A stretch of DNA of 64,000 nucleotides. Source: an uncultured Chloroflexia bacterium. GTDB taxonomy: Bacteria > Chloroflexota > Limnocylindria > Limnocylindrales > CSP1-4. Location: the NCBI GenBank assembly GCA_963712745.1, contig CAVQJC010000006.1:256001-320000 (forward strand), written 5' to 3'. A program made the translations under genes and the position numbers. Each line of letters opens with the position of its first letter. The stretch's first letter is position 1. Shown here piece by piece: positions 29,913-38,238 of this stretch. Below the pieces are notes generated by a model. The model did no database searches. It was not told the DNA's origin and saw only the letters and a program-made list of their open reading frames with translations.

Positions 29913-31904
29913 ATGCTGCTGATCGCGATCGCCCTGGGTGTCGTCGCCGGTCTCATGGCAGGTGGCCGGATCTCGAATCTCCTGTCGGCGCAGCTTCGCT
30001 ATGGCTGGCTTATCGTGGCTGGCCTGCTTCTGCGCGTGATCACGCAGTGGCTCATCGACCAGGGCGTCGACGTGGTCGATCAGTTGCGTCTGCCCCTGTT
30101 CACGCTCTCGTTCGGCTTGCTGGTGGTCGCCCTTTGGCTGAACCGCTCGCAGCCCGGACTGCTGCTCGCGATGGTGGGAGTGGCCGCCAACGGGATCGCC
30201 ATCCTCCTCAACGCCGGCTACATGCCCGTGTATCTGCCGGCGGTGGAGATGGCCGGTCTTACCTTGGCCGACCTGTCGCCCACCTTCAACGTGCTGCTAC
30301 CCGAGGAACTGGGACTCGATTTCCTGCTCGCTGGTGGGCCATTGGGCGACGTCCTGCCCATCGCTATCCCGCTGATCGCAAACGTCATCAGCATCGGCGA
30401 TGTCCTCCTCGCCGCTGGAGTGGGCTGGTATCTGTTCTCGGCCATCGCCCGCGGCTCGGCCGACCCCGAGTCGGGCGTGGTCTCGATGTGGAACGCCAAG
30501 CCTGCCGCTGTGGACCACCCAGTCTTCACGGCGGATCAGGCCGGCCTGGACCGCCCAGTCATCGGTGGCTCGGCCATGGGACCAGGCCTGGGCACGCCAT
30601 CGGCTTCCGAAGCGGTGGATGCAGTCACCGCGGAACCGCGGACGGTCGCCCCCGGCCTCGGCCAGCGGGTCCGGGAACACCCCTACATTCGACTAGCCCG
30701 CGATGCGCGCTTCTCAGCTTTCTGGCTGGCGGGCACGATCAGCCTGTTCGGCGACCGACTCCACCAGATCGCCCTCGGCGTGATGGTTCTCGGCGTCACG
30801 GGCTCGGCCATGCAGACCGGTTTCGTGTTCCTGGCGGCGACCCTGCCCAACCTCTTCCTCGGGCCGATCGCAGGGACGTTCGTGGACCGCTGGGATCAGA
30901 AGCACGTGCTGATCGTCAGCGACCTCATGCGCGCAGGACTCGTGCTGACGCTGCCCTTCGTGGCCGATATCAACATCTGGCTCGTCTACCCGGTCGTCTT
31001 CGTGGTCACGACCATCAGCCTGTTCTTCCGCCCGGCCAAGGCGGCCATCATCCCCCGCATCGTGCGGCGGGAGGACTTGACCCCGGCCAACGGCGCCATC
31101 TGGACGGGTGAGACGATGGCCGACATCGCGGGCTATCCACTGGCCGGCGTGTTCGTGGCATTTCTTGGCACCAATCTGGCCCTGGCCTTCTGGGTCAATT
31201 CGTTGACGTACGTCGTCAGCGCGGTCCTGCTCGCGGGGCTCGTGATCCCGCCGGCGGTCAGGGAGGTGGGCCCCCGTGTCAGCAGCGCGATGGATGCCTT
31301 CGTCGAGGAGTTGCGCGAGGGCTGGGAGTTCCTGCGCCACGACGCAGCCCTGTTCCAGAACACGCTCGTGAGCGTCGTCGCGCAGCTGACGGTCGGAGCC
31401 ACCCTGGCCCTGATGGTGGTCTACGCCCAGCGCTCGCTCGAGGGCGAGACGATCCCGTATCCCGAGAGCTACGCCGTCATCGAAGCGGCGATCGGCCTTG
31501 GCAACCTCGTCGGCGGGTTCGTCGTCGGTGCCATCGGGGCACGACTGCGCAAGGGCTGGTTGGTCATCACCGGCTTCGCGGTGATGGGAGTGGCCACGAT
31601 CATCCTGGGGCTGACTTCCAACGAGCTCGTGGCTGTCGGTGCGGCGGTGGTCGTGGGCGTGTTCAACCTGGTCTATGTCATCCCCAGCCAGACGCTCTTC
31701 GCCGAGCGTACGCCCGAGGGCATGATGGGACGCGTCGTTGCCATCCGCTCCAGCATCGTCATGGGTGCACTCACCGGGGCCATGGCTATCAGCTCCGGAC
31801 TCGCCGACCATGTCGATGCGGGCATGATCATCGCGGCCACAGGTGTCCTCACGGTCATCGCCGCGGTCGTCGCCACCTGGCTGCCGGCTGTACGTGACGC
31901 GTAG
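29913..31904 (+). CDS. DUF5317-like domain fused to an MFS (DHA3/MFS_3-type) exporter
   Basis: N-terminal about 180 aa with AN....LNAGYMPV, LGDVLP, SIGDVLL; linker; then a 12-TM MFS (ISLFGDRLH, GTFVDRWD, SDLMR, GMMGRV). One continuous 663-aa ORF. Confidence 0.85.
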   Translation: MLLIAIALGVVAGLMAGGRISNLLSAQLRYGWLIVAGLLLRVITQWLIDQGVDVVDQLRLPLFTLSFGLLVVALWLNRSQPGLLLAMVGVAANGIAILLNAGYMPVYLPAVEMAGLTLADLSPTFNVLLPEELGLDFLLAGGPLGDVLPIAIPLIANVISIGDVLLAAGVGWYLFSAIARGSADPESGVVSMWNAKPAAVDHPVFTADQAGLDRPVIGGSAMGPGLGTPSASEAVDAVTAEPRTVAPGLGQRVREHPYIRLARDARFSAFWLAGTISLFGDRLHQIALGVMVLGVTGSAMQTGFVFLAATLPNLFLGPIAGTFVDRWDQKHVLIVSDLMRAGLVLTLPFVADINIWLVYPVVFVVTTISLFFRPAKAAIIPRIVRREDLTPANGAIWTGETMADIAGYPLAGVFVAFLGTNLALAFWVNSLTYVVSAVLLAGLVIPPAVREVGPRVSSAMDAFVEELREGWEFLRHDAALFQNTLVSVVAQLTVGATLALMVVYAQRSLEGETIPYPESYAVIEAAIGLGNLVGGFVVGAIGARLRKGWLVITGFAVMGVATIILGLTSNELVAVGAAVVVGVFNLVYVIPSQTLFAERTPEGMMGRVVAIRSSIVMGALTGAMAISSGLADHVDAGMIIAATGVLTVIAAVVATWLPAVRDA

Positions 31905-31978
31905 CTTCGGCACGGCGCGCTCGTCAACGCGATAATCATTCGAACGCTATCGCGCACGACCAGGGAGAGCCCCGCTAC

Positions 31979-32721
31979 ATGACCGACCAACAGAAGCCTG
32001 AAGACGCCGTACCCGAGGAGGAGCCCGCGGCGGAGGAGCCCGCGGCGGAGGAGCCGGAACGAGCGACCGAGCCGGTCAAGGGTTCGTCGACCAAGGCCGC
32101 GGCTAGTGGCGGTGGCGGTGGCGGTGGCGGTGGCGTCGAAGAGCTTCCGTACATCGACGACCCGGTAAGCAAGTGGTGGATCGCGGTCATCATCGCGGTC
32201 TTCGCATTGATCTTCGCGTGGGCGGTGCTTCTTGGCCGCGGCGGTCTGCTGGGCGATATCCTCGACAGCGCCGAGCCAACCGCTTCCCCGGAGTCGACGC
32301 TCGCGGTTAGCCCATCAGCCGAACCCACGGACGAGGCCAGCACCGAACCCGTCTCGGGGACCATCGAGCCGACCGCCGAGCCCACGCCCGAGCCGACCGC
32401 CGAGCCCACGCCCGAGCCGACCGCCGAGCCCACGCCCGAGCCGACCGCCGAGCCCACGCCCGAGCCGACCGCCGAGCCCACGCCCGAGCCGACCGCCGAG
32501 CCCACGCCCGAGCCGACCGCCGACCCACGCCCGAGCCGACCGCCGAGCCCACGCCCGAGCCGACCGCCGAACCATCCATCGGACCCTGCCCCACGCTGGA
32601 CCCCGAGGCCAGCCTTTCGCCCGACGAGTCGATCAGGCCCTCCCCCGTGCCCTGCTACACGCCAGAGCCGAGCACGTTGCCGGAGCCGAGCGGTCTACCC
32701 TCTAGCGACGTCCTGGACTGA
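31979..32721 (+). CDS. Single-TM membrane protein with PT/PE repeat stalk (1-nt frameshift at about 32523)
   Basis: LPYIDDPVSKWW plus TM helix, then AEPTPEPT repeats. One copy lacks a G (cgacccacg versus cgagcccacg). The corrected frame ends ...LPSSDVLD* at 32721. Confidence 0.75.
32366..32570. repeat. 24-bp tandem repeat GAGCCGACCGCCGAGCCCACGCCC, about 8.5 copies
   Basis: Directly visible; encodes EPTAEPTP. Confidence 0.95.
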
Positions 32722-32791
32722 CCACGATGGGGTAGAAGGCGCGAGGTATCGGCCGCCCCCGCCCGACCGGTATGCGCCTGCGCGCGCGGCA

Positions 32792-33427
32792 ATGGTTCGT
32801 GACCAACTCGAGGCACGCGGTATCCATGACCGAGCAGCCCTATCGGCGATGGCGACGGTGCCCAGGGAGGCCTTCGTCCCACGCGGCCGCGAAGGGGACG
32901 CGTATTCGGACGGCCCGCTCTCCATCGGACACGGGCAGACGATCTCGCAGCCGTACATGGTGGCGCGCATGACGGCTGCGCTGGACCTGGCCACCCTGGG
33001 CTGGCCATGGGCCGGGCTAGCCCCATCCTTCCTCGATGTCGGCACCGGCTCCGGGTACCAGGCAGCGGTGCTGGCGCAGTGCGGGGCCCGGGTCACGTCG
33101 ATCGAGCGGGAGCCCGATTTGGCGGAGACCGCTCAGCAGCGGCTGCTCGACCTCGGCTACCAGGTCGAGGTGCTGGTTGGCGACGGCAGCGCCGGCTACC
33201 CTCCGCACGCGCCGTATGCGGGAATCATCGTGGCGGCCGGTGCCCCGATGGTGCCTCGGCCGCTCGAATCCCAGTTGACTGATGGTGGGCGGCTCGTGAT
33301 CCCGGTCGGTGGGATCCGCTCGCAGCAGCTCACCATCGTGAAGCGCACCGGCAAGGACTTCGAGACGCGAACGGCCGACGCGTGCGTGTTCGTTCCTCTG
33401 GTGGGCACGCACGGTCATCCCAGCTGA
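32792..33427 (+). CDS. pcm: Protein-L-isoaspartate O-methyltransferase
   Basis: VPREAFVP, GQTISQPYMVA, LDVGTGSGYQAA, GDGS.G, QL..GGRLVIPVG, FVPLVG. Start approximate. Confidence 0.92.
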   Translation: MVRDQLEARGIHDRAALSAMATVPREAFVPRGREGDAYSDGPLSIGHGQTISQPYMVARMTAALDLATLGWPWAGLAPSFLDVGTGSGYQAAVLAQCGARVTSIEREPDLAETAQQRLLDLGYQVEVLVGDGSAGYPPHAPYAGIIVAAGAPMVPRPLESQLTDGGRLVIPVGGIRSQQLTIVKRTGKDFETRTADACVFVPLVGTHGHPS

Positions 33428-33461
33428 TCGTGCCTTGGACCCGATGCTATCCTCGCCCGCG

Positions 33462-34535
33462 ATGACACATGTCTTCGTAGCCCCTCATCCGGACGACGTC
33501 GCCCTCTCCTGCGGCGGCCTCGTCGCCAGCCTCCGCGAGCTCGGGCAGTCGGTCACAATCCTGACCGTCTACTCGGGCGTGTTCACCGGCGATGCCGAGA
33601 TGGCTGACTACCAGCGCGAGGCGCTGGGTTTCGGCACCAAGGCACTCCATCCCGCGACGCAGGCCTTCAACCGCTCGAACATCGCGGCAGAGTATCCGGT
33701 CACCACGGCCACCGGTGCAGGCGCCCCGTGGCAGGCTGACCCTCACCGCCTCGACGCCACCCAGGAGCGAGCCAACACCCAGGCCCGCCAGTTTTGGCAG
33801 CGCGCCGCGTGGTCGCGCAGTGCGAACATCACCAACGATGCCAGCGAGGACCGGCCGCTTCGGGACGATGTGGCATCACAGGGAACGCTGGCACGCTATG
33901 ACCTGGACGCAGCCGACGCTGCCACCATGCGCAAGGTCGAAGATGAACGCTGGGCCTATTTCATCGAGGCGGCGCTGGTCGACCTTGATCTGCCCGACGC
34001 AGTCCACCGCGGCTACGAGGGTGATGAGGCCCTGCTCGGGTACCCCTTCGAGGACGACGAGCCGCCCACCGACATCCTGCGCCGCGAGATCCTGCGGCTC
34101 GAGCCCCAGCACGTGTACTTCCCCCTGGGAGTCGGCGGTCACGTCGATCACCGGTTGTGCCGCGACGCAGGCCTCGCCCTACTGACCGACGAGGTGTCAT
34201 GGGTGATGCCTGCGCCACGGATGGCTGGCAAGCTTTCGTTCTACGAGGACTTCCCCTACGCGTGGTGGAGCGGCTTCTCAGGGCCGGCCGACCTGGCCGG
34301 CCAGGACATCGACGTCCCGTCAGGGCTCGCGCTTGAGGCACGCTACGCGGATATCAGCGATCAGCTGGAGCGCAAGACGGCTGGCCTCAAGACCTACGCC
34401 AGCCAGGTGCAACGTCTCTTCGACAGCGAGCAAGGCATGCTCGACGCCGTCACCGGCTATGGCGCGCGCGTGGCTGAGGCCGGCGGAGTGGGTACGGGCG
34501 CGGCGGAACGGTACTGGAGCGTCGTCCGCTCATAG
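33462..34535 (+). CDS. PIG-L/LmbE family deacetylase
   Basis: APHPDDVALSCGG, PLGVGGHVDH, YEDFPY, YASQV, ERYW. Confidence 0.88.
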   Translation: MTHVFVAPHPDDVALSCGGLVASLRELGQSVTILTVYSGVFTGDAEMADYQREALGFGTKALHPATQAFNRSNIAAEYPVTTATGAGAPWQADPHRLDATQERANTQARQFWQRAAWSRSANITNDASEDRPLRDDVASQGTLARYDLDAADAATMRKVEDERWAYFIEAALVDLDLPDAVHRGYEGDEALLGYPFEDDEPPTDILRREILRLEPQHVYFPLGVGGHVDHRLCRDAGLALLTDEVSWVMPAPRMAGKLSFYEDFPYAWWSGFSGPADLAGQDIDVPSGLALEARYADISDQLERKTAGLKTYASQVQRLFDSEQGMLDAVTGYGARVAEAGGVGTGAAERYWSVVRS

Positions 34536-34657
34536 ACGGCCGGCTCCATCCGGACCGCCCTGCTCTCCACCAGTACCTTCGACCGACGGTCGCGGCTCAC
34601 GCCCGCGAGTAGCCTCGAGATCACGATGACCGAGCGATCAGCGCGGTATGGCTGCCC

Positions 34658-35509
34658 ATGACCGCGACCCTCGAACGAACGAGCCCTATCGAGCCGGCGC
34701 TCACGGCCGACCGCAGACGTCCGCTACGCGTGGCCACGGTCGCGCTGGCCCTCGCCGGCTGGGCCGTCGGCATCCTGACGTTCGCCGTACTCCTCGCGAC
34801 AAACGGCGGGCTCACGGTCGGAACGGACCTCGAAGCCTACCTTCGAGCCGGGGATGACTTGGTGGCCGGCAACCCGGTCTACATCGGCCAGATCGGCGAG
34901 CTCGATGTCTTCAGCTACGCGCCTCCATGGGCCGTGCTCTTCGGGGCTCTTTCGTGGGTGCCCGACTTGGTCATGCAGATCGGCATCATGGTCCTGGGAG
35001 TGCTCTGCATCCGCTACGTGGCGGGTTCGTGGCTGTGGTCGGGACTGGTCTTCTTCTACCCGGTCAGCGTGATGGTGCTGATGGCAGGCAATATCGAATG
35101 GCTCATCGCCGCCTCGGCGGTGCTGGCCGCAAGGGGACGCGCCGAGCCGTTGGTGTTCATGGCCCTCGCCAAAGTCGCCCCGATCCTGGGCGTCCGACCC
35201 GGTCAGTGGCGGCAGGTCGTGGTCGCGCTCGCCCTCGCGTTCCTGGTGACGCTGCCGTGGCTGTACCTGTGGCCGGAGTGGATCGAGCATCTGCTGCGCC
35301 AGCCGACCACCATCGACATCCACATCGGGCCGCCCTGGTACGCGCGCCTGCCATTCGCACTGGCGCTGCTGCTGTTGCGCCGGCCGTGGGCATCAGCCCT
35401 GGCCGTGGTGGTGGCCATGCCTTCGCTCTGGCTGGGGACGCTGGTCATCCTGGCCGCGCCCGTGCGGCTATGGATCGACGGTCGCCGGCCTCAGGAACCT
35501 GCCGGCTAG
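34658..35509 (+). CDS. GT87-like (GT-C) membrane glycosyltransferase
   Basis: DLEAYL, FSYAPP, GNI, LAKVAP motifs; polytopic. Confidence 0.7.
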   Translation: MTATLERTSPIEPALTADRRRPLRVATVALALAGWAVGILTFAVLLATNGGLTVGTDLEAYLRAGDDLVAGNPVYIGQIGELDVFSYAPPWAVLFGALSWVPDLVMQIGIMVLGVLCIRYVAGSWLWSGLVFFYPVSVMVLMAGNIEWLIAASAVLAARGRAEPLVFMALAKVAPILGVRPGQWRQVVVALALAFLVTLPWLYLWPEWIEHLLRQPTTIDIHIGPPWYARLPFALALLLLRRPWASALAVVVAMPSLWLGTLVILAAPVRLWIDGRRPQEPAG

Positions 35510-35615
35510 GCGTCACGCGCCAGCAGCGACCACGAGTCGTTCTTGGGGAAACTCCCCGGTCCTGGGGCCGCCCCGGCGACGTTCGAAGCGCGACCGCGGA
35601 CCGGGGACTACCCCA

Positions 35616-36446
35616 TCAGACGGTGTCGCTGGTCCTGGGAGCGGGAGCCGCAGCGCGGGTACGCCGGTGGATGATGGGGATGCGGAGGAGATCCCAGAGC
35701 ACGCTCAGGCCGAGCCGGAAGCGCACCTGCATGCGCGAGCCGTGGATGTCGTGCCACATCACCGGCACGATGGCATAGCGGTACGCCAGTCGCCGGGTCA
35801 GGTAGATGACTTCGGCGTCGAAGACGATGCCGTCGGTCTTGAGACGTCCGAAGATGTCGTGGCCGGCTGCGCGACGGAAGCCCTTGAAGCCGCACTGCGT
35901 GTCCGGCACGTCGCCGGTGACCCAAGCGCCCGCGATCAGCCGGTAGATGCGGCCCAGCACCCGCCGAAAGGTGGGCTGGCTGGCACGTCGATCGGAGCCG
36001 TCGGGATGGATACGGCTGCCCAGCGCAACGTCGTGGCTGGCGAGCGCCTCGATCAGCAACGGGATCTGGTCGGGCGGCGTGGCCATGTCAGCGTCGGTGA
36101 AGACGATGAGGTCACCCTCGGCAGCCAGGATGCCGGCGGAAACGGCAGCACCCTTACCGGCGTGGGGTCGGCGCAGGACGCGCAGGCGCGCCGGCGTTCC
36201 TTCTGGCCCGCGCAGGGCTTCGGGTCGGGCCAAGACGAGCGCGGCGGTGTCGTCATCGGAACCGTCGTCGACCACGAGCACGTCCCAGGCGCCGAGCCCG
36301 GCCGACGAGCGGCCGTGGCTGCGAGCGGGTCCACCACGGTGCAACCAGCCGAAGAGCTCGTCGAGCGCTGGCCCGATGCGCTCCGACTCGTTGTAGGCCG
36401 GCAGCACGATGGTGAGATTGGGGCGCGCCCGATGGTTGGATATCAC
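35616..36446 (-). CDS. GT2 polyprenyl/dolichyl-phosphate sugar synthase
   Basis: LPAYNE, VDDGSDD, GKGAAV, FTDADMATP, DTQCGFK, FDAEV. Confidence 0.9.
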   Translation of the reverse strand: MISNHRARPNLTIVLPAYNESERIGPALDELFGWLHRGGPARSHGRSSAGLGAWDVLVVDDGSDDDTAALVLARPEALRGPEGTPARLRVLRRPHAGKGAAVSAGILAAEGDLIVFTDADMATPPDQIPLLIEALASHDVALGSRIHPDGSDRRASQPTFRRVLGRIYRLIAGAWVTGDVPDTQCGFKGFRRAAGHDIFGRLKTDGIVFDAEVIYLTRRLAYRYAIVPVMWHDIHGSRMQVRFRLGLSVLWDLLRIPIIHRRTRAAAPAPRTSDTV

Positions 36447-36600
36447 TCCGGAAGGCTAGCGGTCATGTCCAGTCGGCCGGATGGTTCCTTGGTCCCATCG
36501 CGAGTCCACCACATCGCACCCCTCCGACCACGAGAACCCCCGGGGGTGGCCCATTCGTACCCCGGGGGCAGCGGCGAGACCGTTGCTAGTGTGGGATGCA

Positions 36601-38238
36601 ATGGCCATCCCCATCCTGCTCTTCGTGGTCGCGCTGGCCGTGCGCGTAGTCACGGCGATGCTGTTCGCCGAACCGGCCTACCCCGACGCGCTCTACTACG
36701 TGAACTTGGGGCGTGAGCTGGCCGCCGGTGGCGGCTTCAGCGTGGACTACATCTGGAACTTCGTGGAGGTCGGCGGGGTGCTGCCCGAGCAAGGCAGCTT
36801 GCCCATCCCTTCGAATGCGCATTGGATGCCCCTCGCGGCGGTGGTGCAGGTGCCCTTCATCTGGATCTTGGGCCCGACCGCGGTCGCGTCGGCGCTTCCG
36901 TTCTGGCTGGCCGCGGCAGCGACGTCTCCCCTGGCCTATCTCATCGGCCGCGACGCCGGGATGCCCGGCTGGCAGGCAGCGGCCGCCGGCTTGCTGGTGG
37001 CCGTACCGGCGGGCGTGTCGGCGTACCTCGGTCAGCCCGACAACTTCGCCCTGTTCATGTTCCTGGGCGCGCTCGCGCTGTGGCTCTGCGCAAGGGGCCT
37101 GCGGGGCCACAGGTGGTCCTTCGCAGCCGGCGGCCTTGTCGTCGGCCTGGCCTACCTCTCGCGCAACGACGGTGTGCTGCTGGGCGTGCCGTTCGCTCTG
37201 GCCTTCGTCCACGATCTGTTGCGCCGCCCAAGAGCCTCTCGCATCGGCTGGCCCGCAGCGTTGCTGTGTGCCGGTGGCTTCGTCCTGGTCGCCGCGCCCT
37301 GGTTGTTCCGTCAGCTGGACGTCTTCGGCTCACTCTCGCCCTCGTCGGTCGGCGGCCGCATCCTCTTCATCACCGAGTACCGCGAGCTCTACAGCGTGAG
37401 CACCGAGACCACCCTTGAGTCGTTCCTGTCGCAGGGTATCGGCCCCATCATCGAGAGCCGACTGCGGGGCCTGTGGGATGCCCTGCTGATCTTCGTGGCC
37501 GGGCCCATGCTGGCGCTGCTCGTACCATTCACGCTCGTCGGGGCATGGGTCAGTCGACGCAGCCGCGACTTCCTGCCGTGGTTCATCTATACCCTGACGC
37601 TGTTCGTCTTCACCGCGCTGGTCTCGGCCGTGCATGTCCCCTACGGCACGTTCATCCACTCGGCCGTGGCCCTGGTGCCCCACGCGTACCTGCTGGTGAT
37701 GCTCGGCGTAGCAGCCGCCGTGGGCTGGGTGGCAGCACGCCGCACGTCATGGGACGCCCCGCGCGCCAGCCGCAACTTCAGCCTGATGCTGGTCGGTGTC
37801 ATCGCCGCGGTGTCGGTGGTCGCGACGCTCTCCACCACGAGTGCGTGGCGACGTGAGCGCGACAGCCGGGTGGAAATCCTGGCCGCCCTCGCGGCCGACG
37901 CGCAGCCTGGCGACGTCGTCATGAGCCCTGACGCCGGCGCGTACCGGTACCACGGCGGCTGGGCCGGCGTGGTCACGCCCGACGATCCCCTGGCTGTGGT
38001 CGAAGAGGCATTGCGGCGATACGACGTGCGTTGGCTGGCACTGGAGAGCGCGCATATCACCGCCGGCCTTCGCCCCGTGCTTGCCGGCGAGCTCAGGCCG
38101 GACTGGCTCTCCGAACCGCTCGTCGTGCTGCCGCCCCTGCCGGCCAAGGAGGAAGACGGGCAAGCTGCTGAGCGGCTGCCGCGGGCGGCGCTGTACGCCG
38201 TCTGCCTTGGTCCTGCCGACGCGCGGTGCGACAAATGA
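36601..38238 (+). CDS. GT-C (PMT_2/ArnT-like) glycosyltransferase
   Basis: YPDALYY, HWMPL, LAYLSRNDG, PWLFRQ; about 11-13 TM segments. Confidence 0.75.
   Translation: MAIPILLFVVALAVRVVTAMLFAEPAYPDALYYVNLGRELAAGGGFSVDYIWNFVEVGGVLPEQGSLPIPSNAHWMPLAAVVQVPFIWILGPTAVASALPFWLAAAATSPLAYLIGRDAGMPGWQAAAAGLLVAVPAGVSAYLGQPDNFALFMFLGALALWLCARGLRGHRWSFAAGGLVVGLAYLSRNDGVLLGVPFALAFVHDLLRRPRASRIGWPAALLCAGGFVLVAAPWLFRQLDVFGSLSPSSVGGRILFITEYRELYSVSTETTLESFLSQGIGPIIESRLRGLWDALLIFVAGPMLALLVPFTLVGAWVSRRSRDFLPWFIYTLTLFVFTALVSAVHVPYGTFIHSAVALVPHAYLLVMLGVAAAVGWVAARRTSWDAPRASRNFSLMLVGVIAAVSVVATLSTTSAWRRERDSRVEILAALAADAQPGDVVMSPDAGAYRYHGGWAGVVTPDDPLAVVEEALRRYDVRWLALESAHITAGLRPVLAGELRPDWLSEPLVVLPPLPAKEEDGQAAERLPRAALYAVCLGPADARCDK

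Noticed and set aside
31979-33427. Apparent 482-aa fusion of the PT-repeat protein with Pcm
   Set aside because: Caused by one missing G in a 24-bp repeat copy near 32523; the corrected frame stops at 32721.
35544-35615. Long stem-loop between convergent glycosyltransferase genes (SRP RNA?)
   Set aside because: No SRP GGAA/AGCAG motif on either strand; most likely a bidirectional terminator-like hairpin.
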